Part shown: in pieces, positions 26,012 to 32,770 of the stretch
Layout: every line of letters starts with the position of its first letter
Position numbering within the stretch: the stretch's first letter is position 1
Source: a bacterium
GTDB lineage: Bacteria > Patescibacteriota > Minisyncoccia > RBG-13-40-8-A
Reading direction: 5' to 3'
Assembly (NCBI GenBank): GCA_030692145.1
Contig: JAUYCU010000018.1
Span: 1 to 36,280, forward strand
DNA length: 36,280 bases
Made by a program: the position numbers and the translations under genes
Notes under the pieces: generated by a model
What the model saw: the letters and a program-made list of their open reading frames with translations, nothing else
Told to the model about the DNA's origin: nothing
The model's database searches: none

Positions 26012-26458
26012 TTACCACATATTTCCAATAGCATTTTCTGTATGTCGAATATCATAACTTCCATCGCGATAAACCTCGATTGCCAAAATATCGATTTGCC
26101 AAGAAACATCGTTAATCTTATTTTTACTTAAATAAATTTCAGCCAGTTTAATCAATTTTTTCTGCTTGTCTCGAGTTATATTGTCTTCGGGTAAAAAATC
26201 CGACAGTCCGACCATTTTTCTGGTTTTTACCTCAAAAAAAACGACATTCTTGCCCGCCGACTCGACCTTCGTAGCCGAAGCTACTTCGGCGAAGGAGGCA
26301 GCTTTAGCGGAGGAAGGATTGTCTTTAGAAGCAATAATGTCCAATTCCCCGAAATTACTGTAGCGGAAATTCTTATCCAGGATTTTATATCCTTTGTCTT
26401 TTAAAAACTTTTCCGCAATTTTTTCTCCCAAATCCCCTAAATCTTTTTTCTCCCTCAT
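26012..26458 (-). CDS. yraN: YraN-family (UPF0102) endonuclease-like protein with an in-frame insertion
   Basis: From MREKKDLGDLGEKIAEKFLKDKGYKILDKNFRYSNFGELDIIA ... VVFFEVKTRK. An insert of about 22 aa (PSSAKAASFAEVASATKVESAGK) is encoded by a GC-rich hairpin element. The longer track ORF, which reaches 26530, has no support. Confidence 0.75.
   Translation of the reverse strand: MREKKDLGDLGEKIAEKFLKDKGYKILDKNFRYSNFGELDIIASKDNPSSAKAASFAEVASATKVESAGKNVVFFEVKTRKMVGLSDFLPEDNITRDKQKKLIKLAEIYLSKNKINDVSWQIDILAIEVYRDGSYDIRHTENAIGNMW
26249..26295. repeat. GC-rich palindromic element inserted in frame in yraN
   Basis: cttgcccgcc...ccttcg-ta-gccgaag-cta-cttcggc-gaagg forms a 7+5 bp interrupted hairpin. 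Its termini match the 5966-5996 and 25727-25757 copies. Confidence 0.65.
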
Positions 26459-26641
26459 AAATAAATTAATAAAAACCAACAAATTTTCGGAAACCATATC
26501 GCAGCCCCGAATCTCAACGATAAAAATCAACCAATAAACAGTGTTTTCGGGGCGAGATATAGAAGCGGCGACATCAATTGTTATTTTATCAATGTAGCCG
26601 ACTTCGTGGTTGTAGAAAATTTCGTTGGTTTTTAAATTTTA

Positions 26642-27490
26642 TTATTCTTTCTCATTTAAATTATCAACGATATTTTCCGCGATTTTCATTCCTTCTTCGC
26701 TACCAATGTCTGTCCATAATCCTCGATGTACATATCCTAATAATTGGCTGTTTTTCGCCAATTCGGGAAAAACAATTTTTTCAACAGGAAAAGCAGTTCC
26801 CTTTTTCTGAGATTTAAAGGCCTTTGTTTCGAAGACTTGCGGAGAAAGAATATAAAACCCCGCATTCACGTAGCCCGAATACTGATAGTCGGATTTTTCC
26901 TCAAATTCGACAACCCGATCGTTTTTAACTTTGACTAAACCATATTCCGAAGAATCTTGAGTGTAAAATACGGTCATCGCCCCCAAAATATCTTCGTAAG
27001 AAACTCTCTTTCTTAAAGGCGAAATTTCCAGAGGGAGAATGTGCGGGGTATGGGTCTTCAAAAATTGAGACGATGGAAAAAATCTCGGCTCGGAAATATT
27101 CTTTTTGTAAAATTTAACGAATTCGGAAATATTGAAATTCGATAAAGTATCACCATTAATTACAAGAAAATCCTTTTTGATTCCGTGAGCGGCATTCCTG
27201 ATTGCTCCGCCGGTGCCCAATGCCTTGGAATCAATAACATACTCGATTCCGGCGATTTTACCCTTTTTACCCGAAATACTTCCTTTGGGATCTTTTTTCT
27301 TCAAGTACTTCAAAATCTCGTCCGCTTTATAGAATAAAGTCAGACAAATATCGTCAAAACCGTATTTTTTCAATAAATCCAGCTGGTATTCCAAAAGTGG
27401 CCTCCCTTTTATTTCAATTAAGGACTTGGGGATATTTTCCAATTTTCCCGGCAGATTGGTTTTACCGCCGGCCAAGATGATAACTTTCAT
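26642..27490 (-). CDS. Sugar-1-phosphate nucleotidylyltransferase (NTP_transferase family)
   Basis: 282 aa. MKVIILAGGKTNLPGKL..IPKSLIEIKGRPLLEYQLDLL, GTGGAIRNA and VNAGFYIL. Confidence 0.8.
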   Translation of the reverse strand: MKVIILAGGKTNLPGKLENIPKSLIEIKGRPLLEYQLDLLKKYGFDDICLTLFYKADEILKYLKKKDPKGSISGKKGKIAGIEYVIDSKALGTGGAIRNAAHGIKKDFLVINGDTLSNFNISEFVKFYKKNISEPRFFPSSQFLKTHTPHILPLEISPLRKRVSYEDILGAMTVFYTQDSSEYGLVKVKNDRVVEFEEKSDYQYSGYVNAGFYILSPQVFETKAFKSQKKGTAFPVEKIVFPELAKNSQLLGYVHRGLWTDIGSEEGMKIAENIVDNLNEKE

Positions 27491-27532
27491 CTACTTGATT
27501 TAAGTTTAGAGTTAATTTTAGCACCTCAAAAT

Positions 27533-27582
27533 AAAAAATCAAGCTTGCCCCGAACGTTATTGGGCGGGTCAAGCGCTTGATT
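27533..27582 (-). terminator. Long hairpin plus T-run after the DUF167 gene
   Basis: Reverse strand AATCAAGC-(30 nt with inner CCCG/CGGG pairing)-GCTTGATT followed by TTTTATTTT. Confidence 0.5.
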
Positions 27583-27601
27583 GTTTAAAGGGGGGTAATC
27601 T

Positions 27602-27820
27602 CTACTCGATTTCTATAATTTTGCGTTTCGAATTATGGCCAGAGACAATTTTTACATTCATGGGCGCAACATTAAAATATTCGGCTAAAATTCCGGTTAT
27701 TGACTCATTTGCCTTGCCCTCGACCGGCAATTCCTTTGTATAAACCACAAAATTATAATCGTCGATTTTTTCGATTTTTTCTTCTTTCGAGCGCAGTTTT
27801 ACTTTTACGCTGATTTTCAT
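27602..27820 (-). CDS. DUF167 (YggU/UPF0235) family protein
   Basis: 72 aa. VKVKLRSKEEKIEKIDD..FVVYTKELPVEGKANESITGILAEYFNVAPMNVKIVSGHNSKRKIIEI fits the DUF167 pattern. Confidence 0.8.
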   Translation of the reverse strand: MKISVKVKLRSKEEKIEKIDDYNFVVYTKELPVEGKANESITGILAEYFNVAPMNVKIVSGHNSKRKIIEIE

Positions 27821-27826
27821 GTCGAA

Positions 27827-28522
27827 TTAATCGCTTTCGAAATACTTATTCAATAATTTTACCAGATATTCTTTAAATTTCAACTGCTCTTCTATGCTGT
27901 TGTAAGTTTCGATTGCGATAATTTCTCCAAAAACATATTTCGGCAACGTAGTCAGATAATCGAAGTCTTTCAAGTCGGTAACGTTATGCTTGTCTTCATT
28001 GTTTACGGAATCATAACCATTAAGATGATTGCAAGCAATCTTCATTTTTCCTTTTCTCGATAAAATATAATTCGCTTCTTTGCTCCCTCTGGCAATAGCG
28101 GTCTTTAAATGTGAAAAATCGATACAAAAACCGGCAATTTTTTCTACATCGACATCTTTGGGAATTTCATTGTTGTAATTCATTTCCAGATAAATTTTAT
28201 CCCAATGTCCATTCCATTTATCCAAAAATTCGAAAAATCCCTCATGGATATTAAAACATTTTGTTTCGAAATTTTTTACGAAAAATTCGACATCTTCGCT
28301 GTCGGAATCGTCTCTCAGATGAACCAGAGGGACCTTTTTAATCGACGACTTCAGAAGAAATTTATAAAGATGGTCGCGTTCTTTTTTGTCGAATAAACTT
28401 AAAAATACCGCAATTTCCGTAATTTTGGAATCTTCGATTTCCCGAAGCTTACTCTGCCAATCTGAATTTGTTGCTCCAGTCAGGCTCGGATAAATTTTTT
28501 TCGAAAAATCTATTTTTATCAT
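27827..28522 (-). CDS. Hypothetical protein (possibly TIM-barrel fold)
   Basis: 231-aa ORF with compact spacing to the DUF167 gene. I recognise no confident family. Confidence 0.55.
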   Translation of the reverse strand: MIKIDFSKKIYPSLTGATNSDWQSKLREIEDSKITEIAVFLSLFDKKERDHLYKFLLKSSIKKVPLVHLRDDSDSEDVEFFVKNFETKCFNIHEGFFEFLDKWNGHWDKIYLEMNYNNEIPKDVDVEKIAGFCIDFSHLKTAIARGSKEANYILSRKGKMKIACNHLNGYDSVNNEDKHNVTDLKDFDYLTTLPKYVFGEIIAIETYNSIEEQLKFKEYLVKLLNKYFESD

Positions 28523-28560
28523 AAAACAATAATATCAAAATTTAATCAAAATAGCGATTC

Positions 28561-28590
28561 AAAAAGGAGATATCAGATATCTCCTTTTTT
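28561..28590. terminator. Palindromic intrinsic terminator (bidirectional)
   Basis: AAAAA-GGAGATAT-CAG-ATATCTCC-TTTTTT. It overlaps the TAA stop of the 116-aa gene. Confidence 0.6.
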
Positions 28591-28939
28591 ACATCTGGCT
28601 TTCTGCTCGGAATTTTTTCTCGACCGTCCTCAAAACCACCAAATCATGATAATTCTTGCTTTTTTCGATTTTCTCCAATCCCTGTAATGTCTTTGTCTGT
28701 AATTCTCTTCCGAGTTTCCGAGCCTTTAAAAGAGCGCAAAGAGCTAAAAACCTGATTGAAACCCTCGAATCACCGAGACAATTGCACAGAACCTCTTCGG
28801 CATTCCCATTGTTACCGACCAAAAAAGCATTGGCAAACTGCTCAACCGCATTACATGCCGTTTCGTCTTCCTCAAAGGAATGACTTGACTGATCACTGTG
28901 CTCTTTTAAAAAAACTTTCAAAAACTCTAATTTTTCCAT
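28589..28939 (-). CDS. Hypothetical protein (helical, HEAT-like segment)
   Basis: 116-aa ORF. Strong RBS (AAGGAGGGAAAA then ATG) and a terminator at its stop. Confidence 0.55.
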   Translation of the reverse strand: MEKLEFLKVFLKEHSDQSSHSFEEDETACNAVEQFANAFLVGNNGNAEEVLCNCLGDSRVSIRFLALCALLKARKLGRELQTKTLQGLEKIEKSKNYHDLVVLRTVEKKFRAESQM

Positions 28940-29052
28940 TTTTCCCTCCTTGATTCTATTCTACCAAAAAAGAAATCAATTCTGAAATAAAAAGCGTGTA
29001 TTAGATAAGTATTAAGTGTTATATCTTAGATTTGAAATTAAACATAAAAACC

Positions 29053-29081
29053 TTGACAGAATTTAGGTTTTGGTGTATGCT
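29053..29081 (+). promoter_or_regulatory. Promoter of the high-GC cassette (TTGACA, 17-nt spacer, TATGCT)
   Basis: TTGACA at 29053-29058 and TATGCT at 29076-29081. AAGGAG at 29139-29144 lies 8 nt before the ATG. Confidence 0.5.
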
Positions 29082-29152
29082 TATGGTGTACCTTTAAAAA
29101 GGTATGCAATTCCGTAAGGAATCTGCACTTTACAAAAAAAGGAGCAACCACA

Positions 29153-29812
29153 ATGAGTGGAACAGCCTTTCCGGGATGGTATGTGGAGTTTCAAGCCGGC
29201 GTGCTACGGCAACTGCCTCGGCCCGATGAGCTTGGACAAGAAGTCGGTGAGAAATGGACTAATGGCCAGGGAGCTTTGAAAAAAGCGTTGGCCACGGCCC
29301 TACTCCCGAAAGGATCGGAGAAGTTCGGTCTGTTCAAGGACCTCGGCATCACCACGGTGCCGGACGACTACGTCCACAGCACCCGGCTGGCCTCGTTCGA
29401 AAAAGAGAACCGTAAAAAGTTCTACTACTGGAACGACGCCACCACCGACAAGAACTTCGCCAAGGCCACGACGAAACTCGTGCCCGGCCGAAAACTCCAT
29501 GTGAAGGTTTTCAAGCAGATCGTTTCCGGCACGACCACGTCCGAGGAGTGTCTGGCGTTTCTCAAGAGCCAGAACGCAGTTCTGACCGGAGCCCAGGGCG
29601 CCTCGCTCGTCTTCGAACAGAAGCGAGAAGATCTACCAAAAGGCTACTGGTATCTTTCCTTCGACGAGAAGGAAGCTCTCTGGAAAGATGCCGTCGGCTA
29701 CCACAGGGTGCCGTACGTGGATCGGTACTCGGACGGAGACTGGTACTTCGACCTCGGATACTTCGAGTACGTCTGGCGCGACCACTATTGCCTGCTCTGC
29801 TTCTGCGACTAA
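29153..29812 (+). CDS. Hypothetical protein in a compositionally foreign (high-GC) cassette
   Basis: 219-aa ORF. Hand counts of 60-nt lines give 47-60% G+C, against 32% at 28201-28260. Codons are GC3-rich. It has its own promoter, SD and terminator, and I recognise no family. Confidence 0.7.
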   Translation: MSGTAFPGWYVEFQAGVLRQLPRPDELGQEVGEKWTNGQGALKKALATALLPKGSEKFGLFKDLGITTVPDDYVHSTRLASFEKENRKKFYYWNDATTDKNFAKATTKLVPGRKLHVKVFKQIVSGTTTSEECLAFLKSQNAVLTGAQGASLVFEQKREDLPKGYWYLSFDEKEALWKDAVGYHRVPYVDRYSDGDWYFDLGYFEYVWRDHYCLLCFCD

Positions 29813-29869
29813 TTTAGCGCTTAGGTACTTAGTCGCTCATCTCCAGTTCTTTGGTTCTTTGAACATCGG

Positions 29870-29901
29870 GGAGCCCTTGCCTTGCAAGGGCTCCATTTTT
29901 T
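29870..29901 (+). terminator. Intrinsic terminator of the high-GC cassette
   Basis: GGAGCCCTTGC-CTT-GCAAGGGCTCC followed by ATTTTTTAT. An 11-bp stem. Confidence 0.75.
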
Positions 29902-30081
29902 ATACTTAGACATACCGACTACAAAATTATGCAAAATATATAGCTGTGTAAAAACAAAAACAGCGACCGAAAAAGTCGTTGTTTTTTTTGTTTACGATTT
30001 TATGCACTTGGGTCGCTACTCATTCGCGATTACTCGTGTCTGCACGATAAAAAATTGTCAATGCGGACATGGACAGAACCT

Positions 30082-30108
30082 CCGCCCGAGGCGGATCCGC
30101 CCGTGCCC
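30082..30108. repeat. GC-rich palindromic element just downstream of the mini-UDG-like gene
   Basis: ccgcc-cgag-gcgg-atcc-gcccg. GGCGGATCCGCC is a perfect 12-nt palindrome. The architecture resembles 20842-20875. Confidence 0.5.
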
Positions 30109-30109
30109 A

Positions 30110-30466
30110 TTATTTTACTTTATATTTCCTTAGTCCGTTTCGCAACTGCAACAAATTTTTTTTATCTCTGCTTGCGGGATGAGGCAAATATTCGCATATT
30201 AAACTATTTTTTATAAGGACCTCTTCTATGTATCTACCTAATGCTACTAACCTATAATCACTTGTGATTAATTTTTTTAGCATTGATATTGTCTTATCGG
30301 AAAGAACCCTTGCATCCTCTTCTTCTTTATTTTTCCATAAATCAAAGAATTCCGGTTTAATATTTAAATCATCTGTAATTTTATGTAAAACTCTCCCAGA
30401 TCTTGTTTTTATATGAAATGGTTCTTTAAAGCCTTTTGGATACCCTCCGATTAAAACTATTTTCAT
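30110..30466 (-). CDS. Small uracil-DNA-glycosylase-superfamily-like protein (tentative)
   Basis: I start it at MKIVLIGGYPKG (ATG at 30466), because the longer track ORF overlaps the tRNA. LIGGYPKGFKEPFHIKTRSGRVL, LVALGRY and YLPHPASR loosely mirror UDG motifs (GExPG..PF.G.sG..L, LG, HPS). At 118 aa it is much shorter than canonical UDGs. Confidence 0.5.
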   Translation of the reverse strand: MKIVLIGGYPKGFKEPFHIKTRSGRVLHKITDDLNIKPEFFDLWKNKEEEDARVLSDKTISMLKKLITSDYRLVALGRYIEEVLIKNSLICEYLPHPASRDKKNLLQLRNGLRKYKVK

Positions 30467-30467
30467 A

Positions 30468-30538
30468 TGGACCTGGGCAGAATCGAACTGCCGTCCCGGC
30501 AATGCGAATGCCGTGTTCTACCACTATACCACAGGCCC
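30468..30538 (-). tRNA. tRNA-Ala (anticodon CGC)
   Basis: Reverse strand GGGCCTG...CGGCA-TTCGCAT-TGCCG-GGAC-GGCAG-TTCGATT-CTGCC-CAGGTCC-A, 71 nt. It has the G3:U70 alanine identity pair. The D-stem carries one A-A mismatch. No encoded CCA. Confidence 0.88.
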
Positions 30539-30539
30539 G

Positions 30540-30890
30540 TTATTCGTGTCTCAATGCTTCAATCGGGTTTAATCGGGAAGCTTTTCTGGCAGGATAGATG
30601 CCGAAAACCAAACCGATAATCGTTGCCACGCCAAAAGCCAAAACAACCGCGCCAAAAGGAATGCTGAATGCCCAGTTTATGCTTAATACTTTACTTAAAA
30701 TAACGGAAGTTGCCAAAGAAAAAGAAATTCCGCCAATAAATCCGATAATTCCTCCGAAAAGAGTCAGGGTCACGGATTCAATCAAAAATTGATTCATAAT
30801 ATCTTTGTTTCTCGCACCAACTGCTTTTCTTAAACCGATTTCCCGCGTTCTTTCCGTAACCGAAACCAGCATAATATTCATAATGATTAC
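30540..30890 (-). pseudogene. 5'-truncated FtsX/MacB-type ABC permease (C-terminal ~115 codons only)
   Basis: [24 protein letters not shown]...TM helices...[20 protein letters not shown] is the conserved C-terminal third of ~400-aa MacB-like permeases. An in-frame stop lies 6 codons upstream of the internal Met, and no N-terminal part is nearby. Confidence 0.75.
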
Positions 30891-30925
30891 GAAAGATTAC
30901 AAATATTATAGCATTATATTAAAAT

Positions 30926-30957
30926 GTAAGAAAAGAGCCCGCTTTGCTTGGGCTCTT
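30926..30957 (-). terminator. Intrinsic terminator after the 84-aa gene
   Basis: Reverse strand AAGAGCCC-(9 nt)-GGGCTCTT followed by TTCTTACATTTT. Confidence 0.5.
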
Positions 30958-30966
30958 CTTTCGAAT

Positions 30967-31221
30967 TTAAAGATATCTAAGGAAAAGTACGATTTTTTCC
31001 GGATTGTCGCATTCTTTTGATGGTTTATGCGTTCCTATTTTGTGTAGAAAATCATCAATATCTCTGATGAGTTGCAGACTTGCGGGGTCGGGTTCTTTAT
31101 CTTCACTAATGCGCGCCGAAATGGTTAATTTGTCGATTTCAATCCGCAATAAGACAGGCGCGAAATCTCCGTATTTTTCCGTTTTCAAAAACAGTTTTTC
31201 TTCGAATTTTTCTTCCGGCAT
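30967..31221 (-). CDS. Hypothetical acidic 84-aa protein
   Basis: ORF with RBS (AAGGAGAGGAAA then ATG). Transcribed divergently from the SET gene, with a terminator downstream. Confidence 0.5.
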   Translation of the reverse strand: MPEEKFEEKLFLKTEKYGDFAPVLLRIEIDKLTISARISEDKEPDPASLQLIRDIDDFLHKIGTHKPSKECDNPEKIVLFLRYL

Positions 31222-31290
31222 TTTCCTCTCCTTTTTATTGTTTCAAGGTGCAGAAAAAACATAGCAGTAAATGAGGGAATTGTCAATAAA

Positions 31291-31803
31291 ATGATTGACA
31301 AAATAATGATTAAGCGCCATATTGTTATCAGTCCTTTCGAGGAGGTGGAGTTGAATAAAAAACAAATACTGGACCAAAAGAAACAATTACTGAGACAGAT
31401 GAGAAAACACGTTTATTGCGGGTTAATGCCTTCAAAAATTTCCGGAGTTGGCGTATTTACAATCAGAGACATTCCGGCTGGAATTGATCCTTTTCAAGAA
31501 CCCGAAGACATAAAATGGATTCCATTCAGCAAAAAGGAGTTAACAAAGATTCATCCAAACGTATTGCAGATGATTAGAGAACTGTATGTATTTAGTGATG
31601 GAGCTTACTGGATTCCAGTACAATGCATACAGACCTTTTGTATTGTTCAGTTTTTAAACCATTCCAAAAACCCCAACCTTACGATTGACAAAGACGGCGA
31701 GATAATCGTGACGAAAAGAAAAATTAAGGAAGGAGAAGAACTCACAGTCAATTATCGATCATACGACGACGAAGCAGAAGAAAAGATAAAACAAAAGAAC
31801 TGA
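31291..31803 (+). CDS. SET-domain protein (putative protein lysine methyltransferase)
   Basis: 170 aa. GVGVFTIRDIPAGI (N-SET GxG), FLNHSKNPNL (NHxCxPN-like) and IKEGEELTVNY (ELxxxY). Confidence 0.75.
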   Translation: MIDKIMIKRHIVISPFEEVELNKKQILDQKKQLLRQMRKHVYCGLMPSKISGVGVFTIRDIPAGIDPFQEPEDIKWIPFSKKELTKIHPNVLQMIRELYVFSDGAYWIPVQCIQTFCIVQFLNHSKNPNLTIDKDGEIIVTKRKIKEGEELTVNYRSYDDEAEEKIKQKN

Positions 31804-31827
31804 CAGAAACCCTGTCAGCTCTTTTTT
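31800..31827. terminator. Hairpin terminator overlapping the SET stop codon
   Basis: CTGACAG-AAACC-CTGTCAG followed by CTCTTTTTT. The TGA stop lies inside the left arm. A T-rich run on the opposite strand also suits the RmlD-like gene. Confidence 0.6.
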
Positions 31828-31847
31828 AATCGGGCTGCCCGGACTTG
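31812..31847. repeat. 36-nt direct repeat, orphan copy (tRNA-Pro 3' fragment + flank; attR-like)
   Basis: CTGTCAGCTCTTTTTTAATCGGGCTGCCCGGACTTG, identical to 34414-34449. Confidence 0.85.
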
Positions 31848-31884
31848 TCCCTCAAACGGGATCCCGAGGTGATTTTCTTTATGG

Positions 31885-32700
31885 CTATTTTATAATTTTT
31901 GAGAATAGATCCGTATTAAGTGAGGTGTCTGGTGCAATATTTAAATTTTTACCAGCCAAAGAATCTGGCTTGATAAGATTTGTATCCATCCCCATTTCTT
32001 TAATAAGTTCTCTGCTGAATTCGTAAATATTTCTCCTTTTACCGGCTACGTGAATTATTCCATTAAAATCTTTTTCAATCAGCCGCCAAATTGCCCCAGC
32101 TAAGTCAGCTACCTGAATTGGCGAACGATACATATCTCCAAATCGTTGAACCGTCTCGCTCTGTTTAATCTGATTTAATAACTTAGTTGTTCTTTTGTCC
32201 CAGTCGGCGGCGCTTTTACCGTATATATAACTTGTTCGAATGATAATAAAATTCTTTAAATTTTCCCTAATTACGGTTTCGGCAACCAATTTTGCCCTGC
32301 CGTAATCCGTTATTGGATTGGCTTCATCCTCCTCCTTGTAGTTTCCTTTTGTTCCATCAAATACCGCATCCGAAGAAATATAGATCAATTTTGCACCTAT
32401 TAGTTTAATTGATTCAACTAATTGTTCCATGGCTTCTTTCGCTCTTTTCGGATTTTCATCATCTGGATCAATTCGGGCTACATGGATTATAGTGTTGGGC
32501 TTTATTTTATTCAAATTTTTTTCTAGAGACTTGTAATCTAAGAGGTTGATTTTTATCGGCTTAAAACCACCAGCTTCAATTGGCTTATCCCTATAAGCTA
32601 ACCAAAGCTCGATTTTTTCTGGAACAAGCTCAACTAGAACAGAGCCCAAAAAGCCTGTGCTGCCCAATATTAATACTCTACGGTTATTTATTGTGTTCAT
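31885..32700 (-). CDS. RmlD-like NAD(P)-dependent reductase/epimerase (dTDP-4-dehydrorhamnose reductase family)
   Basis: 271 aa. Rossmann motif VLILGSTGFLGS, then IYISSDAVFDGTKGNYKEEDEANPITDYGRAKLVAE with the catalytic YxxxK. Confidence 0.8.
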   Translation of the reverse strand: MNTINNRRVLILGSTGFLGSVLVELVPEKIELWLAYRDKPIEAGGFKPIKINLLDYKSLEKNLNKIKPNTIIHVARIDPDDENPKRAKEAMEQLVESIKLIGAKLIYISSDAVFDGTKGNYKEEDEANPITDYGRAKLVAETVIRENLKNFIIIRTSYIYGKSAADWDKRTTKLLNQIKQSETVQRFGDMYRSPIQVADLAGAIWRLIEKDFNGIIHVAGKRRNIYEFSRELIKEMGMDTNLIKPDSLAGKNLNIAPDTSLNTDLFSKIIK

Positions 32701-32732
32701 AAGCTTAATCTTATTATATCAGAAAAAGAGGT

Positions 32733-32766
32733 ATAAAAAGAGGGGGATCCGGTGAATGGACCCCCC
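32733..32766 (-). terminator. Intrinsic terminator after the radical SAM gene
   Basis: Reverse strand GGGGGGTCC-ATTCACC-GGATCCCCC followed by TCTTTTTAT. Confidence 0.55.
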
Positions 32767-32770
32767 ATAA

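Noticed and set aside
26459-26530. N-terminal extension of the yraN ORF (MIFIVEIRGCDMVSENLLVFINLF)
   Set aside because: YraN homology starts at MREKKDLGDLGEK. The extension is hydrophobic noise with no RBS.
26504-26553. 8-nt inverted repeat GCCCCGAA ... TTCGGGGC separated by 34 nt upstream of yraN
   Set aside because: The loop is too long and no T-run follows, so it is not a convincing terminator. It may be another degenerate GC-rich element, but I cannot align it to the families above.
29548-30133. Overlapping ORFs 29548-29817, 29688-29909, 29300-29500 (minus) and 29882-30133
   Set aside because: The first three are alternative-frame shadows produced by the high GC of the 219-aa gene. The last spans a terminator and AT-rich spacer with no start signals.
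30467-30502. N-terminal extension of the 130-aa ORF (MPGRQFDSAQVH)
   Set aside because: It overlaps the 3' half of tRNA-Ala on the same strand, so the start was moved to ATG 30466.
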